DNA of 64,000 nucleotides, from the NCBI GenBank assembly GCA_030704615.1, contig CM060731.1, forward strand, positions 72,850,001 through 72,914,000, given 5' to 3'. The notes beneath the pieces were generated by a model. That model had not been told where the DNA came from. It worked only from the letters and a program-made list of their open reading frames with translations, and searched no databases. Below are positions 41,343 to 54,353 of the stretch, piece after piece. Position numbers and translations under genes: made by a program. How positions within the stretch are numbered: position 1 is the first letter of the stretch; each line of letters opens with the position of its first letter. This stretch comes from Takakia lepidozioides (Eukaryota; Plantae; Bryophyta).

Positions 41343-41580
41343 AATATGGACGCCTCCCGAAGGGAAGGGAACGTAAATTATGGTGTATCTTCACCACAAG
41401 GGCTACTGCCTTCCAACTGAAAGGTGGACACCTTCATGACACACCAGACCGTGGTTTGAACCCACAACCACCATTACCACCGGGCTACATGCCGGTTGTC
41501 TGCGAAATCCCACATCAAGAGTACTAGGGCTTCGCGTTGCTCCGCACTACTGGCGACAAATTCTGAGAACTATGTTCAAT
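41343..41580 (-). repeat. Second copy of the tRNA-like-core repeat family (single, internally deleted unit)
   Basis: Shares AAATTATGGTGT, AGGGCTAC, GTGGACACCTT, TTGAACCCACAACCAC, CCATTACCAC.GGGCTACA and GGCTTCGCGTTGCTC.GCACTAC with 960-1345. Confidence 0.75.
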
Positions 41581-42034
41581 TTTTCACAAGAAAGGGGTGG
41601 GTCATACATTCACTGTATGAACTTTCAAGCATCCACCATGGGATTGGATCTTGGTGGGTTAAGGGTAGCTTTTGACAATATTCATGCAAGTTCATCAAGG
41701 GCTCCATCCAAAGCCACACTACAAGAAACAAACAAACATGTCCAAATTTAAGATGCTGAACAAACTTGTGCATTGGGCTGCCCCTCTCATCAAGCTCATT
41801 AAAATTCGTATTCACTTCCATCTTCAAGCTTTGGAGAAGCTCCACCACCCAAACCCAGAATTAGGACAGCACCAGAATCAGTCAAAAATCACCCCTTCAG
41901 TCATGTGCAATTGTGGGCCGACTTCCCACCTATGCCGGGTAGACCCCACTATCAGGAAATGGTGGATGGTCTGAGTAGCTACACAGATCAATGAATGAAG
42001 CAAGACACTAGCATCTTTCCAAGAAAACATCCTT

Positions 42035-43480
42035 TCACCAGTAATCACCACAAGAACAAATCACATCTTCAAAGTGGTGGACAGTAGTTAGCGTCCCATA
42101 CAACAATTGCTCGGCCAACAATCTTTGAGATGAATTTGGTGGAGGTGTGGCAGTCTCCACACACTCGAAGATTCTTGATGAGTCGTGTTGATCAGCCCAA
42201 AACCAATGGCCAGCTTCTCACTGTGGTGGCAAAGAGAAAATTCCTTTCCTCCACATCATGCAGTAAAAAGCGTGTATCAGGCACATACCCCGCCTCCTTC
42301 ATTTGCCCAGACAATCTTCTCAGCTCAGCATGGATTTCCTTAATTCTGGGATGCAACTTGTCATCTGGCTCCTTTCTAACCCCTCTGACCTTCATCATTC
42401 TTCTCACCTTTGCAGTATCATCCCACCTGCCAGCTGCAGCATAGATATTTGATATAGCAACACATAAGTCGCGACATCTTGTTCATCCCACTTGTGGATA
42501 GATGTTGCCACACATTCAACCATCTCCACATTGCCATGGATTCTGCAAGCACCAAGCAAGCCCTTCCACACCACAAACATCTGGATTGATTGGCATTTAT
42601 TAATCAGGTCCACTGCCTCATGTAGTTGTCCTGCACGTCCAGAAGGTCCACCATGCAGCCAAAGTGCTTCACTGGCGGGGTGACACCATGACCTTGACTC
42701 AGGGAATCGAAGTAGTGTCTTCTTTCATTCAGTAGGCCAGTGTGGCTGCATGCAGAGAGAACACATATAAAGGTGATACTGATGTGGTCGCACTTCTACC
42801 CCTTCCCCCATCATTTGCTCATAGGTCTCCAAGGCCTCCATCCCGCGCCCCTGCTGTGCATATCCTGCAAGCATGGCGTTCCATGACACCAAATCTCGTT
42901 CAGCCATACTGTTGAACACTCCCTCCACATCCTCAATGCTTCCACATTTGGCATACATGAGCCACGAGGGTATTGTTCAGAATCACATCTGGTACAATTC
43001 CAGCTTTGGCGATGCAACCATGCACCTCTTTGCCCTTTTCCAGGGCTGCCAAGCTTGCACACACACTGCAAACACACACAAACGTGATGTGATTGGGCTT
43101 CACCCTTTCCCCCATCATTTGCTCATAGGTCTCCAAAGCCTCCATCCCACGCCCCTGCTGTGCATACCCCTGCAAGCATCGCGTTCCACGACACCACATC
43201 TCGTTCAGCCATAGGGTTGAAATTAACTCCCTTCGCATCCTTAATGCACCCACATTTGGCAAACATGTCCACCAGGACAGTGTTCAGGATGACATCTGGT
43301 ACAATTCCAGCTTTAACGATGTCACCATGGACCTCTTTCCCCTTTTCCAGAGCTCCCAGGCTTGCACACGCATTTGCAAACACAAACAAATGTGATGTGG
43401 TTGGTTTTCACCCCTTCGCACATCATTTGCTCATAGGTCTCCAACGCCTCCATCCCGCACCCTTGCTGTGCATATCTTGC
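42035..43480 (-). pseudogene. PLS-E-DYW PPR pseudogene; possible upstream exons at ~43950-44920
   Basis: Frameshifted PLS repeats, E domain (LLGACRIHGNVEM), then [51 protein letters not shown] and [14 protein letters not shown] (stop 42035-42037). Multiple indels. Confidence 0.9.
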
Positions 43481-45042
43481 AATCATCACATTCATCATCT
43501 TTGTTTATCCATTGTGAAAGGAATGGATGACAAATGGAACGTGGTGGATCGTGGGAAACAGAGTCACGCCACTGACACCACGATCTGGACTCAAAAGAAT
43601 CCCAAATTGACCCTACACACATAAACGAAAAAAAAGAGAGGTCAAGCTTTATATGGTCGAGAATTTGTACCAAACCTAGTACAACCTGTATGCAACAAAG
43701 ATACATGAACACACTATCACATGTCCACAACTACATACAATCTCACTCCACCTTTGTGGTGAGAGCTCACACGATAATGCAAGATTTGAAGGATTCCATT
43801 GTTCATGAGGCCTTCCCAATCTTTTGGCACAGATAAGAGGAAGAAAGAAACCTACTTGTATCCTGTCCAACTGCAATTCACAGTTGACCGCAAACCCACA
43901 CAAACTATCCAGTCCATTGTTCCTTTGTCTTCATTGGACTCCCTCTCACATCTCCACAAGAGCTGTGGGCAGCGTCCTCTCCCGAATGCTAGACAAAGGG
44001 GCCTTCTGGTATGTAGAATTCCAGGGACCACCATCTTGTGCAAAGTAGTCCATTGGGTAGGACCCCACCTCAATCTCTTCTGCCTCATCTGGATTGGTCA
44101 CCTCCAGTCCATGTCTATGCTCCCCCTTGTCGATCCCTAGTTCAAAAGCAGATCCATTCTCCAACACAATGGTGTCTACCCCACTATCCTTGCTAGTAAC
44201 GCCTAAGCCTGGAATCTCTTTGTAACTCAACTGAGATATACTTTGAGCTGCAAGATCATCAACTTTAGTCCCCAGTGCTTCCTCTTTATGTTGCATGGTA
44301 CATGTGCTCAGCTCTGACAAGGACAGACGACCACTGGTTGGTGAGGAATCTTTACAAAACTTAGAACCTGCTCTGGCTCAAGAAGAAAACTGTTATGCGG
44401 CTGGATTGTCATAAAGAAACACAAAAGATGCTTGCAATTCAGGTAGATGCAAGTGGCCAATTGGACACAACCTGAAATGGTGGAAAAACAGCACTCACAC
44501 TTAAATATCTTAATTGATGAGTCATCTCTACAATTTGAAGCTGGTTTCAGTCTATCCAGAAGTGAAACTAGTTTATAGGGTTTCCTCTTTCTGGTCTCCC
44601 TCAGCTACTGGACACTGAGTGGATTAGACTGCACAACAAACTGTCATCTCCCTTGTAGAATATGGTTGAAATACTTCAATACTAGGGTTGGATCCATACG
44701 AAGTGCTTACAGCTTCTCACGTTCTTACAGCCCCACGTTTTGACCTCGGCTTTGAGGTGAGCCACGAGCAACTGCATTAGGTTAGCGATAGTAGGTTGGC
44801 AAGACCACAGCACCACAACATTATCAGAAGAAACAGGAGAACTGCTGTAGAGACTCATTTCTCTGCATTCCCTCAATCTGGCTGAGCTTGCATCATTGCC
44901 CACATAGCTCCAAGAGCCCCCCAAGTGTCAAGAGAGAGATATATCCGACTGAATAATTTTTGCGAGAGAAGATGAAACAAGTACAAGGCAGGTTTGTGCC
45001 CCAACCATTTTCCTAGATGAGATACTAAATTCCGCCTCCTGA

Positions 45043-46107
45043 CTAACGCTTAGAGAATTGAGGGGCCTTCCGCGCTTTATGCAAACCATATTTCTTTCTC
45101 TCGACGCGGCGTGAATCCCGGGTCAGTAGCCCTTGCTTCTTTAGAGGATCCCGGTTAGCCTGGTTGGCAACAATCAACGCCCGTGCTATCCCTAGAAGAA
45201 TTGCCTGTGCTTGTGCCGACAAGCCACCCCCTTGTGCCTTTACAATAGTGTCATACTTGCTCTCGTAGCCAAGGCTGGCCAGTGGGTACTTCACTGCTTG
45301 GAGCCAAACTGGATTCCCTTGCAAGTATTCCTGCACAGAGATGTTTCAGAACAGGTCATCTGAGACCATACGGCTCCTCTATTTTCCCTCCAGAATGCTT
45401 ACACTAGTCCTCACACTTTGGCTCCAAGTCTATGAAGTGCATAATACATTGGTGTACCCAGCTAAATATGTTAAAGACGGTTGTACCCATAAACCCCATG
45501 GCCTAGATCGAGCCTTAACGAGAGAGAGAGAGAGAGAGAGAAAGAAATAAAGAAAAAAGAAAAATACTTTGGAATGTGCACAGCCAGGAGGATTCAAGGG
45601 ACAGGGTAGAACAGAGTAAGGACTAGTTCACGACACATCAAGTGTCGCCCTAAGACAAAGTGCCTCAAGCAGGTACTTAAAGCTGAAGGCTACCGTCTAA
45701 GGGTTGGGAGAGATTGAGAGGAGACATACCTGTGCAGGTCGGTTATTAATGATAATCTGGCCAGTCCCATCAATCAAAACCACGCGAGCTACCGCACACT
45801 TACGCCTGCCAGTGCCCAGCAACCGCTGCGCCGCAAAACCCCCAGGCAAACCTTGCTTCACCCACTGTTCCAAACTCTGCTTACCCTCGACAGCTAAAGA
45901 AACTGGAGCCAACCCGGCCATGTCCGCCCGCAGAGAGAGAGAGAGAGAGGCCCCAGGGCTCACTCTCACACTCACAGGGGCGGCCTTCACAGCCGACTTC
46001 AAGCTCAGCCCTGAGAAACCAGATTGCCCAACTCTCGTAATTAGTTTCTCCTGCAATGAGATGCAGGCCAAGGAGGTGGAAAGGAGAGCCACAGCCTGCC
46101 CTGCCAT
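45043..46107 (-). CDS. RPS9: Plastid 30S ribosomal protein S9 (nuclear-encoded, transit peptide), 2 exons
   Basis: Exons 46107-45730 and 45330-45043. Motifs [31 protein letters not shown] and [27 protein letters not shown]. Confidence 0.97.
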
Positions 46108-47441
46108 GCCTGCTGTCCACGAGCTTAGCCCACACAACCCTCCCTGCCTTCCTATGCCTGCCTCCAGCCCGTCCTCGGCACTATGTCCCAGACAGTTATG
46201 GAGTTCGGTACAGAATACAAAAAAGGCTATGCTCTGTTAGACCGTGGACCAGGGATAGATTCCAATATCCCGGTGTATATTCCTAAATGATTCTATGGCC
46301 TGTGATGAAGATTTGGTGGCCTGGGGTCAAGGTATCCGAGGGGCCTAGGGTATGTGAGGAATCTTTGTTGCCTATGATAGATTGTTGTAAAGATTGTATG
46401 TCCTAGGGTGCCAGGGCTCTCCTTGTATTTTCCCTTTTTTGTGGTACTCATTAGGCAGCTGCCCAGACAAGGAGGGCGCCAAATGACAAAGGAGGGAAAA
46501 GGGGAATCCATAAGAGAAGTAGTTTTCATGGGGAGGGAGTGCTCTTGCAATGGTGGGGATGATATGAATTTCTTTTTGTGAAGATTGGATTTGTAGTCAG
46601 ATGGTAGGAAATTGAAAAAACACTTGCAATCTCCTACCATGCAGGTTTATATGCACATATGTGTAGACTGGGCAAAGATTACAGGTGAAAGAGCAGGCTT
46701 ATCTCATTGAATGCAACAGTGAGTACCTCTACTGATGTTAGATTTTCTGATTTTTGAAAGGATACCCATTCTCCACAGAAAACCATGTAGGACGAGGAGA
46801 ATTTTCGGTTGATGTGTAAGGGACATTCAATATGGATTTAGACTCTTGTCTCAAATTTAGGCTACCAGTATGTCTAACTTGGTGTGCGTCCACACTAATA
46901 TACATGCTGACACATTGGCTTGAGTCTCCTTTGGATAATGTAAGCATGCACCTGCTTTCCAGCTTCTAGGCTTTTCACCTTCCTGCACTTCCGCATGAGA
47001 ATGACAATGGACAAGAAACTTTGTCGTCATCTGCTTCTCTTTGCACATTCACCTTCAGGGCCCTTATTCATCTTTGCTCAACTTCTATTAATTTATTATG
47101 TCATGGTTTGTGTTTTTTTGGGGGCCCTGCGTATGCAGAGCCCCCTAGGTACTAGTAACTAGTAAGTGAGTAAGTAATAAGTGAGAGGGGAAGAAAGCCC
47201 CCGACTCTCCTTATATACCCTCAGAGGGCGGTGGGACCTTCTAGAAGCCCGCCCCGCCCTCAGCGGTGGGACCCTTCTAGAAGGTTGTCTCCGCTTCTCC
47301 AAGCCTATGGCTACTGGTCCCACTGCCGCACCATCCATGTATTAATGTCCCTGGCATGGGGTGCGCAGTTTTCCGGGCCCTCTCCAAGCCTTCTTCTTAG
47401 AGCATCACCACCCTTGAGCCCGAAAAACTCCATGTAACACC

Positions 47442-49558
47442 ATATATATATATATATATGACGCCAGCCGAAGCTAGCGTAAATAAGAGCCTCTTCCCCG
47501 TGTGGTACTGCCCCCTTTCGGGGGTGGGCTCTATGGTAACAAGAAACAGTTACTAAGCGGCAAGCTGGCCGCTTTCAATCTTTCTTTTGTTGAGAATATG
47601 GCTGTTAGTGAAGTGATGGCCGTGAGGTGTAATGTTCGTAATAGGGGGGTGGTATATTTATGAGGTAGTTTAAGGTTTTCTTTTAGGATTAGACTGTTGT
47701 GACAGTGAGCTCCCCCTCTAACACCAGCGGTGATAATTGACAGAGGGGTAGTGTTCCATCCATATTGACAGAGGGCTAGAACTAGGGGTTCGTATTTTTC
47801 ACGTTTGAACATAATGGATTGGTCGGGATCTCTGTCATGACAGAAGGCAAATTCAATGATGTGGATAGTGAGGGAGGGGAGTGGACCTGTTGGTGCTGCC
47901 GACGAGATGAGGAGTCCTTGGACAAGAAGAATATCTGGACATAATCTTGCCAAATAGAGGCATGGATTAATGAGGTTGTACCATCTAGTTTTAGGGTGTG
48001 TGAAAAGAAGTTTATGGAGTTGCCAAACTCCTTGATTATGTCAAGTAATGTGAAGTCCATGGATAATGGGATGTTTACAGTGGAGAAGAAGATACGGCCA
48101 TGTGTCCACTCGAGGGGGTTGGGAATAACATAACGTGCAATGCCTGTTAGGATATAATAGAGGCCAAAATAAATTACGTCGTTGATTGCCCATGTATTGT
48201 CCATATCGAAATCGGAACATTTGTTTAATTTGGGCATCAGTGAGTAATGGAGATTTCCAGAAGTGATTAGACATATGGTGGAGCAGCTGAGGTGGCGTAA
48301 CCCATTTGGATATGTAGGGTTTTAGATAGGTATGCACGGATTTGATCCACAGTTTCTTCTGTCATATGCATGCAGGTCCCGAATGGGGGCTATGTCCGGG
48401 AATCTAGCTTTAATGAATGTCAGCCAGAATGGATATGTGTGTGTCAGATGAATAGGGTCAGTCGTGGGGCAAGTAATAGGTTGGATGGTTCCAAGTTGGG
48501 CAAGTTTGTCTGCTATCTCATTACCTGTGATACCTATATGGGATCTTACTTTGTGGAGATGAATTTGTATTAGGGATGAGTCTACAATATCTATGATGGC
48601 CTTAATGAGATGAATGTCAGGGTGATGAATTTGGGAGGAGGGTTTAAGGTTTTGGTTAGAGAGGAGATACAAAGAGACTAAGCTTATCCGTAAAGAGGTA
48701 GTAGTTGGTCGAACCAAATGACATGGTAGTGCTTTCAAGGCATCATGTATAGCCATGAGTTTTACACATAAAATATTTTGACGATCTAGAAGACGGTTGT
48801 ATGTTCTTGAGTTGTTATCGGGAGAGTATGTACCATACCCTGCATGTGCATCTTTTAGGGAGCCATCTGTATATACACATTGGTGGGGAGGGAATTTTGA
48901 AGGGGCTAAGTTTGTAAAATCCGGCATTTGTCCAAATGGGTGTTGTTGTTGGGCTGATCAAGGTGGTCGTGGGGCACGGTCATATTCCATGGTTTGTCTT
49001 GGTTGATGCGAGGGTAGATGTAGGGCATTTGTTGAACATCTTCAACTCTTCCCCCTCTCTCCATTTACAAGCGATCCGGGACACAGCTGGAATCCTACAC
49101 ATTTCCTCAAACTCAATGATTTATGACTGACACGAGGCTTGTCTTGCAACATTTTACAATAGGATTGGATAAATTTCTTTTGATTATGTCGAGCTTGCTC
49201 TTTGGTAAATATTATAAGCAGCTTTTTTGGCGTCTCGGCCAATTTTGGAGATTGATTTAATCCATGTTTGAATGTCATCATCATCCTGAGGTACCGGGAA
49301 AGCTGCATAACATGCATGGATTGTACGGAGGGCTGTGATATGTGGGGCGTTTCTCCATTGGGGGTCTCGTGGAGTGGTTGAGAGTACTGTAATAGCTTTT
49401 CGGACTGTGTGATGTGTGTTTAGTTTTTTTTTGCCACTGTATTCTTTGTTGCGTTCTAGTTAAGTATCCTCCATTTATTTTGGATCTTCCAATTGGGGGG
49501 GGGAGGTGTGAGCCACTATACATGTATCTAACGTGCTTTCTGTGATTTGAGTAAAAAT
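47442..49558 (-). mobile_element. Degenerate Dualen/RandI-like LINE 3' part: RNase H, CCHC-type zinc finger and restriction-like endonuclease, ending at (AT)n
   Basis: RNase H (VYTDGS...LMAIHDAL...HLHKVRSHIGITGNEIADKLA), then CTLC..DTWPYLLLHC...T*HN, then PDILLVQG...IHIIEFAFC...KREKYEPL (PD-(D/E)xK type). The 3' end abuts (AT)n at 47442-47459. No RT core seen; many frameshifts. Confidence 0.75.
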
Positions 49559-49669
49559 TATGACTGCCACATCAGCCGGATATTGACACGTCAGCAGGCC
49601 CACGCCAAATCAACGCCCTCCGCTCTCCATTGTGTCCCATGGAATAGACATGTCCGCTCTCTTCCCTCC

Positions 49670-50122
49670 CTAGGCATTTGGCACTTTTGGGTCGCCTGAT
49701 CCGAAGACAATTCGAAGGGTATTTGGGTATGTTGTTATTGATTGATGCGGCTTGTGAAAATTGAATGTTGAAATGCAGATCCGCCATTTTTCTTCCAGAA
49801 AAAAACAAACTGAAGCAGTAGTCCCGGGCGTCACATATGATCCAAGGAACTTTCGCCGAGGCTCTCCAAGTACTCTGTATCTACCAGGGCGCACTCTCCA
49901 CTGGCTCACATAAGCCGTCTCATCACGGTTTTGGAAAGAGTATTTCAACAACTTCCCGTCCAAATCGTACACCTCTTTCTCCAAGAAAATGGAGCCATTC
50001 TGAAGCTCAAACCGGGTAGCCAAAACATGTTCCAGAACAATTGCGAATCCATTGTCAAGGGCTTCTTTGGAGAAATGCACTGGTTTGTCGTCAAAAAAAA
50101 ACTCTGCTTCGGAGGAAGCCAT
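49670..50122 (-). pseudogene. Internally deleted MULE transposase (element A)
   Basis: MASSEAEFFFDDKPVHFSKE...SQWRVRPGRYRVLGEPRR...GSYVTPG aligns to the N-terminus of the 62016 transposase, then jumps to LRIVFGSGDPKVP, which matches AIRIVFGSGDPKVP at ~60290-60330. Confidence 0.85.
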
Positions 50123-51470
50123 GTTACGTCCCCGAGCGGGGGGTTCTCTTTCCTGAGCTGCTCCTTCGCGAAATCAAATGATTCAGCTTTGTACCACACT
50201 GGGTGCACATGAAATGAGGCGGAAGCACCCATTCCTTGAAGATTGTGCATATTCTGGTATTCCATCTAATCACCTGTGAATTTACAAGGGAAGGTTCCTG
50301 ACAAACTGCCGTCAAATTAACGTATGTGACCTGCAGTCTGCATTGTCTTCTGAGCAATGCTGACAGATGATCCATCAAGTTCTGGGGGTCACCTCAAAAC
50401 AATAAAAACCCGCCGACTTCCTTGAAGACAGCCTGAGGATCCCATGCAGTGATGATGGGAAGAGAATTGAAGTACTTAGATCATTTGTCAGGCCATACTA
50501 GATTCACAATGTCTGATCATGTTGATGCTTTCAAGAATATGCATGAAATGGCCCAAAACTCTCCACGTACGCATATTCCGTGAAATCCTTAGTAGGCCTC
50601 ATGGTAAGTACTTTGAGAATCCTCATCCATGACGATGAACGGTGATATTAATGAAGTCGTCACAAAAAAGACACGTGTCAATTTTATGTTTGCACACGCC
50701 AACAACCCAAAACAGCCGCGTAAAGGAACAACTGTCCCAATTAGGTTACGCTATTTTCTCCAAAAATGTACATTCCAGTATTGGACACGCAAGAGGGAAT
50801 CCAACGGTTCCAGGGACACTCCCAAAACGACGGGACCCCGCAAGAAAGCGAGTATGTTCATCTTTCTTGTTTCTGCACTTAGAGGAAGAGACTCGGCAGT
50901 CAAGCTGGAGAGGGTTCCTTGTTCGGTTTGGAAGATGAGGAAGTCATTGTATTTTACATCGCTTAGAGAGAGGCTTAGATCAAGAGAGCAAATGACGAGG
51001 CGTCGCATGCAAGATGGTGCAACGCTTAGGCAGCATGTAAACTTGGAGACAGGTCAAGCAGAAGAGCATGTAGGAAGTGAGAGTGAGGTCGCCGCAGTCG
51101 TAGCGACGGCTGGAGCAGTGAGCGTAGGTAACCAGACAGTGCCAGCCGAGTTCATGCCCGAAGACAAGAGAACAGGGGGAGGAGCAATGGACGCCATACA
51201 AGGAGGAAGTCTGCAAACCCTACATCAGACAAAAATGGTGAGCACTCCATATCCGCATACTACTGTTTTCATTACTCTTGGTGTTCTCCCTTCCAAGTGG
51301 AATTCAATAACATGGTTTTTCTTGTGTTTAGACCGATGAAAAAAGGAAGAGGAAAGCTGAAGAGGCCGATCCGAGCGATGTAGCCACGAAGCCGAAGAAG
51401 GCGAAGGGATCCGTAAGTTGTCTCAAACGCACTTCTCCCTCTTTACTGATGGTCCCCAGATGTGAGAAAA

Positions 51471-52434
51471 GCGATGATCGGTGGCGATCATCGCTTTACA
51501 TAATAATGAAGTTGGTGTTGTAGTTCAGCAGATTCAAGAAGGCAGGCAGTCAAGAAAGTATACGTTTCAAGGCGAAAGTGATGATGGGTGCCGACCATCA
51601 CTTTCGCCATTGCTTTATTTAAGCATAGAATGCCAATTTCATTGTGATGCAAGAGTGCCAGGGAACTAAAGTCGCATCTTGCAATGACGTAGAAGTGATG
51701 ATCGGTAACAATCATCGCTTTAAGGTCCATTCCCTTCTTGTTCAGATCAGTTTGGAAATGGCGTGGTCGTTCAGGAAAGTGATGATCGGTGCCGACCATC
51801 ACATTCAGCTCTCATGGTTTGTGCATCCCTTGGCAGTTACATTGTGATGGTCGGTAACGATCATCACTTTCGGTAATGACTGGATATTACCCCAAAATCC
51901 AAACTCGCATTGCAACCCTTTGTAGAATGAAATGCTTTAGGTTGAAAAATGTCCATCCCACTTCAGATCTGGAATTGCAGTAACAGAAAAGCGATGGTCG
52001 GTGGCGATCTTCGCCTCCAAGTCTACTTCTTTGCTCTAAATCTCATACAATGAAATGCGGAATTCTGCTGGAAAGTGATGATCAGTGCCGACTATCACAT
52101 TCAGACCTCATGGGTTGTGATTCCCAAGGTAGTTTGATTGTGATGATCGGTACCGATCATCACTTTTTGAACACTAAAAAGTTCAGTGAGTGAAAGAAGG
52201 GATTCTGACTAAGAGTGATGATCGGTGCCGACCACCACATACAAACCTCGTGGGTGTGTGCATCCCAGTGTTGTCTTGTTGTGATGTTCGGTACCGATCA
52301 CTACTTGCATCATCCTGATGGTCGGCACCGATCATCGCAGGCTAGTGAGAACTGAGTCAAGGTGCATTGGGAAACCAACTAGAATTTCCATTCATTTGTT
52401 AGAAGAGAAAGTGATGGTCGGTACCGATCATCAC
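51471..52434. repeat. Array of twelve 24-bp palindromes (GTGATGRTCG-N4-CGAYCATCAC) in intron 2 of the ParB/MTase-like gene
   Basis: Starts at 51471, 51578, 51695, 51779, 51844, 51991, 52075, 52140 (perfect GTGATGATCGGTACCGATCATCAC), 52215, 52281, 52315 and 52411. Confidence 0.95.
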
Positions 52435-54353
52435 TGTTTAAAAATGTTTGTTTCCAGAAGACCAGTTGAATGTTGCTCTTATGGGTTTTGGGTATGCAGA
52501 AAAATGTAAAGTCTAAGCAGGCAAAAACAGATGCAAAGGGCTCTGGAGAAGGGAACGACTCCACAAAGAGTTCTGTGAACAGCGAAGACACAGACGAGCC
52601 TGAATTGCACTACCTTGACAAGGTGAAAGAACTTATGTCAAAAGGTAAATTACAAGGAGGTTATTAGGGACATGATCGTCTCTGGAGGACGTCTTGAAAT
52701 CCCACTCTGTCGGATGATCTCCATGCCCGTTGTTCGTCCTCCACTTTCGCATGGCATTACCAAGTTGGAAACAAATTTTGTGCATGGGTATAGAATGGGT
52801 GCATAGGTGTTATACGTCTCACTGAATGATACTAATGGTCACAACACAAAAGTGAGCCCAAAGATTACGGACAACTGGGATGATTGCTGGAAGGATGTGA
52901 ATGACGAGTTCAAGGACTCTCTGCTATTTGGACATAACACCCAGCAGTTCTGCAACCACATGTTCTATGTCTGGGACGGGAACCATCGCCTGCTAGCTTG
53001 GATGGGGTACATTGCAAAACACCATTCAAAAGACAAGGACAAGCATTGTGTTGTGGAGGCAATGGTTCTGGATCCTAGGAACAACATCGCGAGACTTCTG
53101 ACAGCTATGCATGACGTGAACAAGTAGGACATCCAAAAAACCCCCATTGTCTTTCAAATTGCATGTTGTGCGCATTTCAAGTCCAATCGTCAAAATTTTC
53201 TTACTTATGCAATGTGTATTCCGTGTTTGCAGATCGATAGAGAAATCGCATGTTACTACGAGCTTGGTCCACACACTATTCCGTATTCAGAGAATTGGTT
53301 TGATGAAACTTGATGAGTACCACACTGTGCTACATCCTGATGTAATCAAGAAGTGCGAAACAGGAAGAGCTGCAGGGACGTGGTACTCGTTGGCCCGAGA
53401 TGCATTTCTGGAGTACATGTATGCGGTATGGCCCAACCCACTTCTTCCTATCTTCTTCAATACAAATTTGTAATCGTATGTGTTCTAATCCAATTGTTGT
53501 TATATGCAGCAAGAACTGGCAGAGGCCGCCGAGAGGAGGAAATCTGAGTACTACGGCACTATAGCAGAAGAGCTGAGGACTGCTAAAGGTGTTGGAGCAG
53601 CCATAAAGAAGGAGTACGAGATAAGGAGAACGAAGCTGATGTCCGCCTTCCTAAAGCAATTGAGAATAGTGGATCCCGGACTTGGGGAGGAGTTCCTTCT
53701 CCAAATCAAAGCCCACTACGACAAGCATGTACATCCAGAGATGCAACAGGAGAAATTGCACAGGCTGGCGCTTTCCATGGTCGACCCCCAGACAAAAGTT
53801 AGATGGCTTGAGATTTGGAACTCGGATCAGACGGTGAAGGATCTGAATCAGTTCCCAAAAAGCACAATCCAACCTGACACAAAGGTCGAGGTAATAAGTG
53901 ACGTTGTTTTTTATCAGTGGCTTCACAAGGCCACATTTTGGAGTCAGATATTTGTCGATTCAAGTGCCTATGTATATGAATTATCCTGTAGCTTTGTCAT
54001 GCGCAATTATGATAGATGTACCCATTGCAGCTGCAGAAACGCGTCATTCTTGTCCTGGAGCAGAATTTGAAGGATTTGAATATTTCGATGGTCTCACCAC
54101 CACAGATGAGCTTGGAGGCTTACATAAGAAAGTGGAAAGGTCTCACGTGGCGGTACTGTTTCTTCCGCGAGTTCTCCAAGGATGGTAACGTATTGAGGTC
54201 GAACGATTTCGACAGTCAAGTTGGAGGGGAATGGGCGATGATGCGTGTTGTGTACAGGTGCAGTACCTAAAGCCTATCCCTCACATTCTGTGAAATTCTG
54301 TCATGCCTCATTGAGAAAAGGTTAATATTTCTTTTCTCCTACATAGCAGTTTG

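Noticed and set aside
42035-42240. U-to-C (DYW:KP-type) editing factor
   Set aside because: Both DYW remnants in the window have the ordinary HSE motif, and this one ends in DYW.
51471-52434. CRISPR array
   Set aside because: Spacers vary from 10 to 123 bp and some are copies of each other (those after 51779, 52075 and 52215). Repeats occur in both orientations and in several introns, there are no cas genes, and the context is eukaryotic.
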